Origin: Octopus sinensis
Lineage: Eukaryota
NCBI RefSeq assembly: GCF_006345805.1
Contig: NC_042999.1
Coordinates: 165,664,001 to 165,728,000 of the forward strand
DNA length: 64,000 nt
Direction: 5' to 3'
Made by a program: the position numbers and the translations under genes. The notes below the pieces were generated by a model that saw only the letters and a list, made by a program, of their open reading frames with translations, did not search any database and was not told the DNA's origin. Position 1 is the first letter of the stretch; every line of letters begins with the position of its first letter. Shown piece after piece: positions 38,330 to 51,254 of the stretch.

Positions 38330-38690
38330 ACTGAAAGGGTACAACCTTGAATGCAGTCAAAGAAGGGTTCCCTAGAGAATTTACTCAACAGGGTGCATAG
38401 CTCAGTGATCAGCAAGACTCTCCAGATTGAGCCACTACTTCTCATTGAGAGGACCCAGCTCTGGTACAACAGACATGGGATTAGACTGTCACAGGAAAGA
38501 ATTGCAAGATGAATTCTTCAAGCGAAGCCTTGCAGCAAGAGACTTGAGGACGAACCAAGAATGAGATGGTTGGTCATGCTTGGGAATCCTGTTGGAAAAC
38601 TTGGTGATGGTTGCTTCTGACGAGACCCTATGGAGAAGTGCCTGAGGACTCTGTTCCCACAACCACCCTAGGAATGGTAGGCAGAAAAGA
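38330..38690 (+). mobile_element. RTE/Rex3-like LINE 3' remnant
   Basis: Reads ...PRMRWLVMLG...RDPMEKCLRTLFPQPP, resembling RTE-clade C-termini; decayed. Confidence 0.45.
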
Positions 38691-38764
38691 CGGATGGAGA
38701 AATAGATGGCTGCAATATTTCTGTGGTTGATAAAATTTTAGAATTTTAGAATGTAACTTAGCTA

Positions 38765-38983
38765 TGAGGGGGTATTGTAAAGTTCTTGGCTTCAGGTAAA
38801 AGAAAAAACAGGAAGATCAGTTACTTATGATCTTATTCAACACAGTCTCCTCTCAGATTCACACACTTATTGCACCAGTCTTTCAGTTTTTCTAAGCCCT
38901 GTAAAAGAATTCAAAAGGTTGGGCTTCCAACCAGGCCTTTCACGATACCCTTATAGCCAGGAACTTTTCAGCACCCCACCAAA
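38765..38983. mobile_element. Mariner-derived MITE
   Basis: TA|tgagggggtattgtaaagttcttggctt...agccaggaacttttcagcacccc...|TA imperfect TIRs. Confidence 0.65.
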
Positions 38984-39092
38984 TATCAGGTATAATTTGG
39001 GGGAAAATTAGTCACATTTAAAAATATATACTTTTAAGATTTTTGTTTCTTTTGTGCTAACTTTACAGTCAAATCTCTCTTCTATGTTGCAG

Positions 39093-39209
39093 GATGAAGA
39101 TGACACCATGATATATCCATCTGATGCTGCACATATTCAAACATTTGCTTATCTCGTTGTGGATCCATTGAAACATTATATCACTGTATTGTATCATTGT
39201 TTTTGTTAA
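39093..39209 (+). CDS. CFAP300: Cilia- and flagella-associated protein 300 (C11orf70), last coding exon
   Basis: tctcttctatgttgcag|GAT...TAA. Translates DEDDTMIYPSDAAHIQTFAYLVVDPLKHYITVLYHCFC*, which aligns from memory with the human C-terminus [36 protein letters not shown]. Candidate AATAAA at 39433-39438. Confidence 0.88.
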   Translation, partial: DEDDTMIYPSDAAHIQTFAYLVVDPLKHYITVLYHCFC

Positions 39210-40019
39210 ACTTAATAATAGAGTTACCAATTTTCATGTTTTTTCCCTGAACATTAAATTATCTATTTTGTAGTTTTCCTTGTTTTGCTTTCTTTTATTA
39301 CAAACATAATAAATATATGGAAATAATAATCATGTTTTGTTGTTTTTCAATTATGTTTTTATGCAGTTTTTATGAAGAAGTATTTCAATAAGTTGAACAT
39401 TAAACTGGATGTTAAAATATATTTATTAGAAGAATAAACCAAGAAGGAATTCTAGAGAGTTGAAGTTCTGGGTGGGTAAATAACTGTAGAAAAGACAGAA
39501 ATGCATTTTAGGTCTTCATCTAGTCATCGTTAAAGTGAAAGAGGGTGACTCAGGTAAAGTGGATGGCACAGCAGATCAGGCTGAAAGATCCTTGCTTCTC
39601 ATGTATATGCAAAAATTGTTATACTTGGGGGTGGTCATATTTTGCCAGTTAAACATACCTTCCATGTTTGGTCTTTACCTCAGCTCTATTATTATCATTT
39701 TAGTTTCTTTGTCAAAGCTTTTCAGTGACTCTTTGTCCCACGTGTCTCCTCTTGTTTTGCTTTGTCAATTGTGGACACATACAACAAACAATCACTGAAG
39801 AGGTCACACGGTGTGCAACAAAAGAGCTTTGACAAAGAAACAATAATAATAATAATAAAGTAAAGATCAAACATAGAGTGTGTTTAGTTGGTAAAAGATG
39901 ACCATCCCCAAGTATAACAATGTTTCAACACATGATTTCATATCAAGAATCTCGCAAATCAAATATATAAAAATATGTTATGCCAAATTTCACAAAAGTG
40001 AAATTTCCCAAGCTGGTAT

Positions 40020-40490
40020 GAATGGATGGTTTACACCTTGCTTTCATTCAGAGATGCTATCAAGAACCATGAAATTGGAGGGAAGGGAGATGTGTCCAAG
40101 ACATTTGGAAGTCCTTGCAGATTGAAGTGGTGTTCACCTACTTGTTTCTGGGTTGATTTCTGTCAGGTAAACGTAGACTTGGACAGTATTCCAGATACCT
40201 GCAGTGGGAAGAAGGCCCTATACAGGAGTTTCAAAATAACAATGATACAAGACAAAGATAATTGCTATGTACTGCACTTCAGACAGGAATTAAGAAAGAT
40301 AAGACTGAAGCACTGGATTTATGAGGTAAAACAGATGTTGTAGAAAGAACACGTTGAAGAGAGCCAAGTACGTTAGGTGAACTTTGATATAGTGCACTGT
40401 TAACGAGTTCATGAAAGCAGCAGTCAATGTAGCAGATATGGAAGAGACAGCATGTCTGTGGTGGTAGTGTAATGCTTACCAATCAACCAA
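40020..40490 (+). mobile_element. Degenerate hAT (Charlie-like) transposase fragment
   Basis: Frameshifted traces of the HCxxHRxxL...VxxVNxI...EVRWL region; low clarity. Confidence 0.4.
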
Positions 40491-41139
40491 ATGACTTTTT
40501 AGTGGTGATGATCTGTAATATTTGTGTATCAACAGCACCATCCCAGACATCTAAGCAGTATTCTAATATGGGTTTTGCTTATGACATTGTAGAGACTCAG
40601 CAACTATTCAGAGCTGAAGTTGTGACTTTGATGTTAATCTAAACAAAGCACAACTATGACCAAAGGCATTGTAGCGATTACCATCACATCTTTTTGTATA
40701 TTTTTTTAAGATGATAGGCTGTGATTTAAGATTTGGCTGCTATTTCTAGCATGTCAAGTGGTCTCATAGAAGCTCAAGTTTGGCTCTGATAAAAGAAATG
40801 TGGTTTTTGGAATGCAATCCTAGCTATGTTAGAGACATGGTCACCATTGTGAGATCTAGCATTTGTAGCAACTCTAACAAGGTTTAACTGTGTTTCTTTT
40901 GTGTGCAGGGATTTTGTTAGAATGCAGTTGAAGGAAAACAGGTTTTCATATCCTATTGGATGGCATTTTCTTAATTTCTATTCCCCAAACTGGGACATAT
41001 CTGGAATGAAGTGTCTAAGTGGCATGTATGTGATGCTTTCTTCAAATCCATTGCCTGCATGCAGCAAAATATACAACAGTTAACTACCAGAATTATTTCA
41101 GATGCCTACATCTTTCCCTTTACCAAAATAAGAAAACCA

Positions 41140-41510
41140 TTATTCTTTTACTTATTTCAGTCATTTGACTGCAGCCATGCTGGAGCACTGCCTTGAACAA
41201 ATCGACCACAGGACTTTTTTTTTTTTTAAGCCTTGTACTTATACTATCAGTCTCTTTTGCCGAACCACTAGGTTACAGGGAACGTTAACACACCAACACT
41301 GGTTGTCAAGCAGTGATGGGGGAGGACAGACTCAGACACAAACACACAACTATATGATGGGCTTCTTTTAGTTTCCATCTACCAAATCTCACAAGGCTTT
41401 GGTCAGCCCAAGGCTATAGTAGAAAACAGCTGCCCAAGGTGCCATGTAGAGGGACTGAACCTGGAACCATGTGGTTGGGAAGCAAGCTTCTTACCACACA
41501 GTCACATATT
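41140..41510 (-). mobile_element. SINE family B
   Basis: Tail ttcttttacttatttcagtcatttgactgcagcc and head ...gcttcttaccacacag. Confidence 0.8.
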
Positions 41511-41889
41511 TATTTCTCTTTTCCAATTTCAATAATCTTATTCTAAAATTCATGCCTCATAATTTCTGGTAACAAAATCCTTTTATACTTACTTTATTTG
41601 GTATTTAATGCAGATTTCTAACACTGTACTTAATTCTCCAGATATTCCTGGTAAAGTAATATTTAGAAGCAGTTTGTTCAAATTTTGATTCCCATTTCAG
41701 TTAACTTCTTACTTCATTCTATTAGTAGCCATATCTACAGATTGTATTACTTCTGGTATTGCATGTCTCCATATTTTAAACATTTATTTAATCAATACTT
41801 GCATATCTTTCTATTTCAGTTAACCATTTGTCTGGTCTGTTAAAGATTATCTGTTTTGTCTAACTAGATATCAAAAATTGATCTCCTTA

Positions 41890-42100
41890 CTTTCATCATC
41901 ATCATCATCATCATTATTCAGCATCCGTTTTCCATGCTGGCATGGGTTGGATGGTTTGACAGGGACTGGTAAGCCAGAGAGTTGCAGCAGGCTCCCATCT
42001 GTTGTAGCTTGGTTTCTATGGTTGGATGCCCTTCCTAATGCCAACCACTCCACAGAGTATACCAGGTGCCCTTTACATGTCACCAGCACTGACACAACCA
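41890..42100 (-). mobile_element. SINE family A
   Basis: (CAT)n + ttcagcatccgttttccatgctggcatgggttggatgg. Confidence 0.8.
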
Positions 42101-42189
42101 CCATTTCACTTCTCAAGCCCAGCAAATCACCAAAAGCCTCAGTCATTTGTCCTCACCTCTTTCAGACTAACTTTGATCAACTATATATA

Positions 42190-42570
42190 TAGGCGCAGGA
42201 GTGGCTGTGTGGTAAGTAGCTTGCTAACCAACCACATGGTTCCGGGTTCAGTCTCACTGCGTGGAACCTTGGGCAAGTGTCTTCTGCTATAGCCCCGGGC
42301 CGACCAAAGCCTTGTGAAAGAAGCCTGTCGTATATATGTATATATATACGTATGTGTGTATATGTTTGTGTGTCTGTGTTTGTCCTCCTAGCATTGCTTG
42401 ACAACCGATGCTGGTGTGTTTACGTCCCCGTCACTTAGCGGTTCAGCAAAAGGGACCGATAGAATAAGTACTGGGCTTACAAAAGAATAAGTCCTGGGGT
42501 CGATTTGCTCGACTAAAGGCGGTGCTCCAGCATGGCCACAGTCAAATGACTGAAACAAGTAAAAGAGTAT
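42190..42570 (+). mobile_element. Young SINE family B
   Basis: ggcgcaggagtggctgtgtggtaagtagc...central microsatellite...cagtcaaatgactgaaacaagtaaaagag; CpG-rich. Confidence 0.9.
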
Positions 42571-42599
42571 ATTAGATACCATATCTCAAGACCCTATCA

Positions 42600-43560
42600 C
42601 TATTGTTACTTATTGTTACTTTGTGACTATATATTTGTAATCTTTCACTTGAGTTTCTTGTACTTCTCTCCTGATTCTTGTCCCTTGATCTCAATTCTTG
42701 TACACCCTGGATAATTAGTTTATATCTTGTCAGCAGTTTTATTCACTGCAACCATATCAGGTCTTCTGCTCTTCTTATCCTATGACCACATTAGCTGATG
42801 AAATCCCAAAGGATTTTGATGTCCTTAGTCATGACTTTTTCTCTGTTCTTTTTCATTTATACTTTGCATATAATTTTTTATAGGTAGTCCAGGCCACGTT
42901 ATCATGTCTTATATATCCCTTCTGAATTCATTTACTACATTCACTTATTACTTGTACACTTTCTTGATAATCATTTCACATTCAGTTGTTTCACCAATAT
43001 AGAAGTTTGTTTCCAAAGAACTGTTCTTGTTTACAAAGTTCAGTACTTCAGTTTCAGGGTCATGACTAAATTTTTCATGAAGTCAGTTTTTCAATCAATT
43101 ATAAAAATACTCAGTGTAAAAGGATTTAGTAAAATAAGCAAATTTTTTCAATATTAAACTAATCACATTTGATACATATCTTAATAAAAATTTCTTACAT
43201 AAAATTATGATGAAATGTTTTAATTCAATTATAAAGAATTTAAAATGAAAAGCTTTGTATAATAGAATTAGGACTAGTTTCAGCCAGGTTATTATCAAAA
43301 GCTTTAAGGTCTGATTTTTTAATCCACATCTATGAATTCATCAACTTTCCTAAAAGTTTCAAACATATATTTTTCCTTTCTCACAAAGTATTTTTTTTTT
43401 CTTTTTCTTGTTATCTTTTTGAGTTCTTTTTATACTATAGATCCTTCAGAATGCTTAATATCTTCCAACAGTTCTATACTATTTTTCAACTTCTATATAC
43501 ACCTCATAGTTATTTAATAATTTCTCTTATTGCTTACAAGATATTCAGATTCTGCTTTTT
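42600..43560 (-). mobile_element. R4/NeSL-like LINE remnant (restriction-like endonuclease region)
   Basis: Minus strand contains RHDNV (aagacatgataacgtgg) followed by decayed ILWDF/QTD/RPD-like sequence. Confidence 0.5.
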
Positions 43561-45131
43561 GTGAGATGTAAATTGCATATATTCATTGCATTTCTTAAGC
43601 TAATATTTCCTTTGCACCCTCTAGATACCCTCTTCCCTAAAAGAGATATATACATAAAACAGGTACAATATTTTGGGCCAGATACAGTCAGTTTCAATGC
43701 TAATGGGTTAATGAAAAATCAACACTAATTGTTATAGAGATCACCATGCCAGACACGTAGGAAACATTGCCTTATACTGAGTTTACAGTTCATTAAACAT
43801 TGTTTATTCCCACCTAATTACAGCTAATACAATCATCACTAACTCCACCTCTAGGGTTGGTTTAAGCAAATATAGAAATTTTCATCGAGAAGATTTCTTT
43901 TTTTTTTCTTTAAAATTCTACATTCATGTTTCTCTCCTAGATGAAATCAAAATGGTCATCTGGCAGACTGGTAACCAGACTGATTAGTGTTTGAGAGGTG
44001 AAGTAGCTTTTAGCCTCTGCATTGCATGAAATAACTTTTGCACATCTAACAATGATTTTGTTGGTATTATAATAACCAATGGTGATGTCCTGTACATATT
44101 GTAGACTGAATTATTTACCTGCACTGCTGTATTACAGTTGTGAATACACCACACAGAAGGGTTGAGAAATGTTGGCTTTCATGTGTATGAAATGTAAAGG
44201 GACATGTCTACCATGTCTTGGATCAAAGGGGAAAATACCACAAGTATTCAGGATAGAATTGGCAGAGCACTAATCAGTAAATTGACTTCAAGTAACAAAA
44301 AATACAGAATGGAGGGTTTCTTGTGCAGCAGAATAATGTGGATGGTTTTCCCCCTTTTTTTTTTCGTCATTTTTCTCACAAAGTAGTTTTTTTCTTTTTC
44401 TTGATATCTTTTTGAGTACTTTTTATACTATATGTGGTTAGGGAGCTTGCTTCCTAACTACATGGTTTCGGGTTCAGTCCCACTGCGTGGCACTTTGGGT
44501 GGGTGTCTTCCACTATAGCCCCGAGCCAACTGGAGCTTTGTGATTGAATTCGGTAGGTGGAAGTTACTGCCGTGTGTGTATGTGTGCGTATAGCTGTTCA
44601 GTGCCTCTCCGAAAGAGAGAGAGAGAATATCCTTCAGAATCTTTAATATCTTCCAACAGTTCTATACTGTTCTATACAGTGATGGTCGGGTAAGAGCTTA
44701 ATTTAGAGGTGAGAAACTTGTCAAAAGTATTTAAATAGTGTACTGGATAAGAATATGAGGAAGGAAACTAACTGGTCAGTGGCTCAGTACCTTAATTACA
44801 GACTTTTTCTCTCTCTCTGTATTGTGGGCAGGCATCCAACATAACCAAATGATTACTTAATAGACAATAGCTTTTATTTTTATCTTTTGCTCACAAAAAT
44901 ATGGTATATCAAAATAAAGAAAATCTAGAATGAATTCATTCTAGATTTATTTGTATGTCCTAAAAATAATGTCATGATGTCAAACTGGCATAGAATGACA
45001 AGTCCTTGTGGCCATGTCCACACAATTGATACTACATTCAGTGGTATGTTCAAATGAGCAGTGAATGCATAGAGAAAACAAATACAGTATCAACATGTCA
45101 TCAATGAATGATTGCCTAAGAGCAGACTGTG

Positions 45132-45258
45132 TTATAGCAGACTGTCAGTAATGACACTACACTGTCTTGTCTTCAGAAAATATTGCTTTTCATAAGGGTC
45201 GTTAATTGTCCAGACAAACACTCGTACACCACGCTTCTTCCAAAAATTATGGTATAAC
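45132..45258 (-). CDS. GDE1: GDE1 terminal coding exon (exon 6 equivalent)
   Basis: catatattccag|G TTA TAC...CTA TAA. Translates LYHNFWKKRGVRVFVWTINDPYEKQYFLKTRQCSVITDSLL*, with the GDPD C-terminal motifs WTxN and ITD. Confidence 0.94.
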
Positions 45259-46359
45259 CTGGAATATATGAACAATATAAATTAGAATTATTTTGCTGCT
45301 TAGCATGAGAAGGACAACAATGACAACAGTGATAATGACAACAATAACGATGGTGAATAATTAACAGTGTAAATGTCATCACTTTTCTGCTACCATCAAG
45401 AATTGACAAAAATTATAAACATTTAAAATGTCCTCCAACTTCGTCTGTAAAACCTGCCACTGAATAAAAGTTGCACTGCTTATGACCAGCAGATGTCATC
45501 CATTTAATCATTCTTTCTAGAACTATATTATCCCATATGTATATATGCAATTATTATGCATATTTGTGTGTGTATACACATGTATAAACAGTACTTACAT
45601 ACACAAATATACATAAGAGATTCATTTTCCGTGTATTGAAAGATAGCCCAGCTATGTTTTAGAAATCAGGTCGTCTCAATTCTATCAATAAAAGACTGGT
45701 TTCTTACCAAGACTAAATGCCACAATATTATATCACAAATGGGAAAAGTGATTGTGTAATATTCATGCATTTCCAAATGACAATTTGCCTGCTGTGTGCG
45801 CATATTGCAAGTAAAGGTAAGCATGCAAATGAAAATGATTGAAGGGAGATAACTCCTTTTCACTATAGTGTCAATTAATGATAACAACTGCTTTGCCTGG
45901 CAAATAATCTCCGTAAATATTCGAATTTCCTAACTTTGCATTTTCTTTCCTATAAAACTCTAAAGCTTTGTACTTAATTAAAAGAAAAAAGTATAATTCA
46001 TCACGTAATTTTATTTTATAATTGAATAGTGGATAGTCGATGTTTATACAACCTTAATTTTGCACTTTAAACACAGTGATCTTCACTCAATAAAATTTTG
46101 GTAATTCATTATAATTGCTAAATTGCTGCAATCTAGCGATTGACTTCTTTCCTTCATCTCACTATTACGGTCCTTCCATCAACTTGTTTGAGTTCTTTCC
46201 CTTGTATTTCAGTTGGATTTACTATTTCTGTCTACTAGTTACCATTATTTTTGCTTTTCTTCGCTCTTTATTTCCATTCCTTACCTTCTAACAGATGTAT
46301 CAAAATGTATAGTTAGACTTTTCAAAGTTCTTTCATTTTGTCAATATCGTAGGCAAAAC

Positions 46360-46920
46360 ACATATTAATGACAACAGTTATTACTGACTTCTCTACTTCC
46401 TATTTAAAAGATTTCCTTCAAAAGTCTCAAAAGCTTCAAGTCTTGAAGAACATATCTTTGACACTGTGTCCCACTTTTTTTTCCCATTTATTTACGTGTT
46501 CCATCATTCATGCTCATCCAGTAAAGCATATTGACTTCTTTTCTTTCCATTCTTTACAAATTCTCTCCATTCTATCTATGTTCATATTTTGCTAACATAT
46601 AGTATTGCATTTCCTTATATAACCAGATTGAGAATCCTTGAGTTACCAGCAGAACCCTTTCTTACTCTGGCTACTGCGAAGTTTTCACTAACCTTGCTAT
46701 GTCTATGGAGCTTCCAGTTAGAGATAGAGAAACTTTCAAATTCACACTACTTACTACTCCCATGTGTCTGTTACTTACAAAATCCTTTTTCACTGTCATT
46801 CTACCTGTAATCCCAGTTCATCACAAAGACCATATGGAAATCCTACCGACAGGTTTTTGGCATATCAAACATGGCCACTTTCCAGACAATTGTACAGTTT
46901 GTATTCCTTGTTGCTTTTCT
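46360..46920 (-). mobile_element. RTE-type LINE remnant in the last GDE1 intron
   Basis: Minus strand KWPCLICQKPVGRISI..., the Cys motif of RTE-like elements, followed by decayed RT C-terminal sequence. Confidence 0.5.
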
Positions 46921-47243
46921 CTTTGCTAGATTTAATTTTAGATTTCTTGATTATATAATTTATTGGCATGTCTGGAAATTTTTTCCAGTTCTTTAACTGA
47001 CTTAGATTTGTAAACCAGGTCATCAGCACTTATGAATTCCCATGGATGGATGGCCAGTTTTGAATAACTCTCTATGAATATAGTGTAGACAGAGTTAGGA
47101 CTCTCAAAGTGAGAGACAAACTGCTGTTGATAATAAATAAAAACAGTCCAATTACAGTTATCACAATTTCATTCAATTAAAAGTTCATAACAGTAATACA
47201 TTCAAAGGAAATCAATTAAAAACAAAAGAAAAATATAACCTAC

Positions 47244-47458
47244 CCAGAATATGTGTCCCTATTCATGAGAAATGCTGAGTTACCGCAGAGATACCATAGA
47301 AATGTATAATGGCCAATCTCTAAAATAATGTCTATGGGTCGTGCTATTATCTGCCGCCAGAATGTTTTCTGTCGCTCCTCACCATCCATGTCACATTTAG
47401 AATAAATTTGGTGTCTATGAGTTAAAGCAGTCAAAATATTTGGATCCGCTTTTCTCAC
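47244..47458 (-). CDS. GDE1: GDE1 exon (exon 5 equivalent), 215 nt
   Basis: ttccttttag|GTG...TGG|gtaggt. Translates VRKADPNILTALTHRHQIYSKCDMDGEERQKTFWRQIIARPIDIILEIGHYTFLWYLCGNSAFLMNRDTYSG (ORF 47240..47458), with TALTHR and LWYLCGxSAFLM characteristic of GDE1. Confidence 0.95.
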
Positions 47459-48769
47459 CTAAAAGGAACAGAAATTCAAATAGCAGACATTTATTAAAAA
47501 ATAACTAAAAGTTCAAATTAAATGTATAAATAATTGCTGAAACTGAAAATATTAAAGAAATGATAAAAATCAAAATAAATGAAAACTACATTTTATGATA
47601 AATAATTTTTAACAGGATTAACACTCAGAAATTAAATTAAAAATTCTAAACCTTTAGTTAATTTGTCTTCTTAATCTGACCTCCAGTCATATTCATGCAT
47701 GCCATTCACACATGTGTGTGCACACATGCATGCATACACATGCATGCATGCATACACACATGCATGCATACACACATGCATGCATACACACATGCATTCA
47801 TATCTTATAATTGAGTTTGAACTTAGAAACTTTCTTTCTAAAACTGGATTTAAAGCTATTAATGACAATCCTAAAAACACATATTTTGTAAATGACTCTT
47901 AATCTACTGGAGAAGATTAAGGATAGGCCTTTTTATTCCCAATTTTATAACATTACACATGATAGGATGTAGATTAAATAAAAGAAACATTTGCCTGGTT
48001 TTCTTCAACTAGATTAACTCCAGAATAAAGTTATTTTCACCAGAAACACAAAAGAGCACACGTAACAGATTTGAACTCAGGACGTATGAGGAAGTAGTCT
48101 AACATCTTATTAACTCAGCCATTTCACCGTCACAAACTAATTAAGAGAGAATCTAAGTTTGTCATGTCACATCTTGGATGTTTGCAGGGTGGTCAGCTCC
48201 TCTGATGACGAAGAGGAGAGAGAAACCAGCCCTAAAGGGAATGTCACCCACCCAGGTAGACGATTTTGAAATGAAATAGAAGAGCAATGATCTTTAGATC
48301 AGGAGAGGGCATGTGGAAGAATGAAGGGAGCAACAAAGAGAAGAGGACTGGAAGTGAGGGGAAGGGATGTCACACAAAAAAAGCAGGGTCTTTGAACAGC
48401 TTTTTTCTTCAAAAGGGCATTGAGTGCAACAGACATGTTTTGGAGAATCATTTTAGGAGAATAGTCACTTCTGGCCAGAAGCTCAGGCAGAGTGCATGTG
48501 AGGGTATGATTGCTGAGTTCCTGTGGCTCAAAGTTTGGATATACTATTGCTAATTGCATCTGCAGGTAAGAGCAATCTTATTTCTACCTTACAACCAAAC
48601 TCAACACGTCTCAGTTTCTTTTTCATTATCAACTCGTTTCTTTTGCCACTTTTCAATCCTACCTTTTGCTACAATTCAGTAAAATTAAATGCTCCACATT
48701 TATACATACCTAAACAAATGAGAGTATTAATTTATTGCTTATAATTTACATGCAAAGGTGGTATATATC

Positions 48770-49160
48770 CTTTACTTGTTTCAGTCATTAGACTGCAGCC
48801 AGGCTCCACCTTAAAGAATTTTTAGTTGAATGAATCAACCCCAGGACTTTTCTTTAAGCCTGGTGCTTATTTTATGGGTCATTATTGTTGAGCCACTAAG
48901 TTACAGGGATGCAAACACACCAGCACCTGTTGTCAAGTGGTTTGGGGGGTCAAACACAAACATACTCACTCACACACACATGCGCACGTACACACATGCA
49001 CATGCATGCGTGCACGCACACACACACACACACACATAGACACACACACTACATCAGGCTTCTTTCAGTTTCTGTCAACCAAATCCACTTACAATGCTTT
49101 TGCTAGCCCAAGACTAGAGCAGAGCACACTTGCCCAAGGTGTCATGCAGTGGAATTGAAT
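48770..49160 (-). mobile_element. SINE family B
   Basis: tcctttacttgtttcagtcattagactgcagcc...(CA)n...cttgcccaaggtgtcatgcagtgg. Confidence 0.8.
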
Positions 49161-49454
49161 CCACTTTATTTAGTTTTATATTTCTTATTCACACATTGAA
49201 TGCCAGCAGAGTGAGAGGTGTGTCCGATCTGTGGTATGTACAGTGACAACTCCAGACATGTTTCAAGCTTATGAAACCTCCTCAGTAAAGCACAGTCTTC
49301 CCAGTAATTATCAGAGCATGGATCAGTGGTTCCCAAACTGAAAAATACCAGATCCATACCCATTAAATATTTGTGAAATTTCCATGTCATTCATATTTAT
49401 AAAAGTAGAGTTTGTTTCCATGTAATTTCTTCTTTTCTGTCATGGGATTGAACA

Positions 49455-49628
49455 AGACGCAGGTGGGACTGTGTGGTAAGAAGCTTGCTTCCCAACCACA
49501 TGGTTCTGGGTTCAGTCCCACTGCATGGCATCTTGGGCAAGTGTCTTCTACTATAGTCTCAGGCTGACTAAAGCCTTGTGAGTGGATTTGGTAGATGGAA
49601 ACTGAAAGAAGCTCACCATGTGTGTGAA

Positions 49629-49672
<44 letters not shown>

Positions 49673-49900
49673 GTGTGTGTGTGTGTGTGTGTGAATGTGT
49701 GCTCACGTCTTTCGGTCAGTATTTGTTCACCACCATCATTTTATAACCAGTGCTGGTATGTTTAAATCTTCACAACTTAGCAGTTCAACAAAAGAAACCA
49801 ACAGAATAAGTACCAGGGTTAAAAAGAAAATAAGTGCTGTAGTCAATTAGTGCAACTAAAATTCCTCAAGGTGATGCCACAGTCTAATGAGTGAAACAAG
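49455..49900 (+). mobile_element. SINE family B
   Basis: cgcaggtgggactgtgtggtaagaagc...(GT)n...gtgaaacaagtaaaa. Confidence 0.85.
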
Positions 49901-49987
49901 TAAAAAAAAAGAAGTTGAAAATGTTTTTAAAAGAAGCTTCTTCATTTTATTAAACTTGTCCTTTCCTTTTCAATCCTTATGTCTTCA

Positions 49988-50207
49988 CCCTTCAGCATTC
50001 AGATTTCTCGGTCAAATGTATTGCTTATTTATTCACATTGCTTTGAATTAATCATGCATTATCTCATAGCATCAAGACTTCAATGATGTGAATGTTTATT
50101 TTTAGAATGACATTGTAGGGTAGGTGTGAGAGGCTGGATCTGGTCAGTTTGAACAGGAAACAGGTAGAATACTTTTGTAGGATATGGTTGGTTTAAATGT
50201 TAAAGGG
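49988..50207. mobile_element. piggyBac-like MITE
   Basis: CCCTTCAGCATT...AATGTTAAAGGG|TTAA; homologous to 37178-37377 in the opposite orientation. Confidence 0.7.
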
Positions 50208-50879
50208 TTAAGCTTCGGTGAATGAACACTGAACGGGGGGGGGAGAAATACCCGGGGAACGTTTTGCATGGAAAGCTATCAGTGATAATATACGAATTGC
50301 AGCAAACCAAAAACGTTCTAATTCAGTTAAAATTACACTCATAGTGATGAGATGTATGTATATGTACGTATATATCTATGTATTTATGTACGTATGTATG
50401 TATATGTATATGTGTGAGATGTGTATGTATGTCTATATGCAAGTATTTGTATGTGTATCGATAACGGTGATAATTTACTGAAAGCAATTAATTTGCTCGA
50501 TTGCTTCTCTTCCCTGGACAGGAACTGATAGGCTTTTGCTTGTTGTTCAATCAGTCTGCCCCTTGTTTTCTGTGAGCAAAAGAGGGGGAGAGAGTTTTAT
50601 CTTCCCTGTTGTTGAAACAAATGCTGCCTCCAGTTGTTCAATAAAATATCAATAAAACTACTGGCTTTCCTGCAGTGTCTACTCGGAAATGTAAAATAGG
50701 ATGTCAGAAAATTATAGGATGCCCATGATTTTCGTTTTATTTTACAGCTATTTTTTTCTAATCGCTCCGTATCCTTTTCACCTTTATTAAGTGAAGACTG
50801 CGTTTTTATTTATGTAAAGTAGTTGGTATAAAAGAGCTGCTCAAGACATTGGTTTTCTGCTTTATAAGCTGGCTGTGCA

Positions 50880-51240
50880 GTAAGAAGTTTTCTTCACAAT
50901 GACATGATTCAGTCCCACTGGGTGGCACCTTGGGCAAGTGTCTTCTATAGCCTCAGATCAACCAAGCCCTTGTTAGTGGATTTGATAGATGATAACCAAA
51001 AGAAGCTTGTCGTGTGTGTGTGTGTCTTTATATCTGTGTTTGTCCACCACTACTGCTTGACAGCTGGTGTTGGTGTGTTTACATCCCCATAACAAACAGC
51101 TCAGCAAAAGAGACCGATATGCACCAGGCTTTAAAAAAGTTAAGTCCTGGAGTCAATTCACTCAACCAAAATTCTTCAAGGTGGTGCCCCAGCATGGCCA
51201 CAGTCTAATAGCTGAAACAAGTAAAAGATAAAAGATAACA
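50880..51240 (+). mobile_element. SINE family B, degenerate
   Basis: ggcaccttgggcaagtgtcttctatagcc...gctgaaacaagtaaaagataaaagata. Confidence 0.75.
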
Positions 51241-51254
51241 TAGAAATTAGTCAA

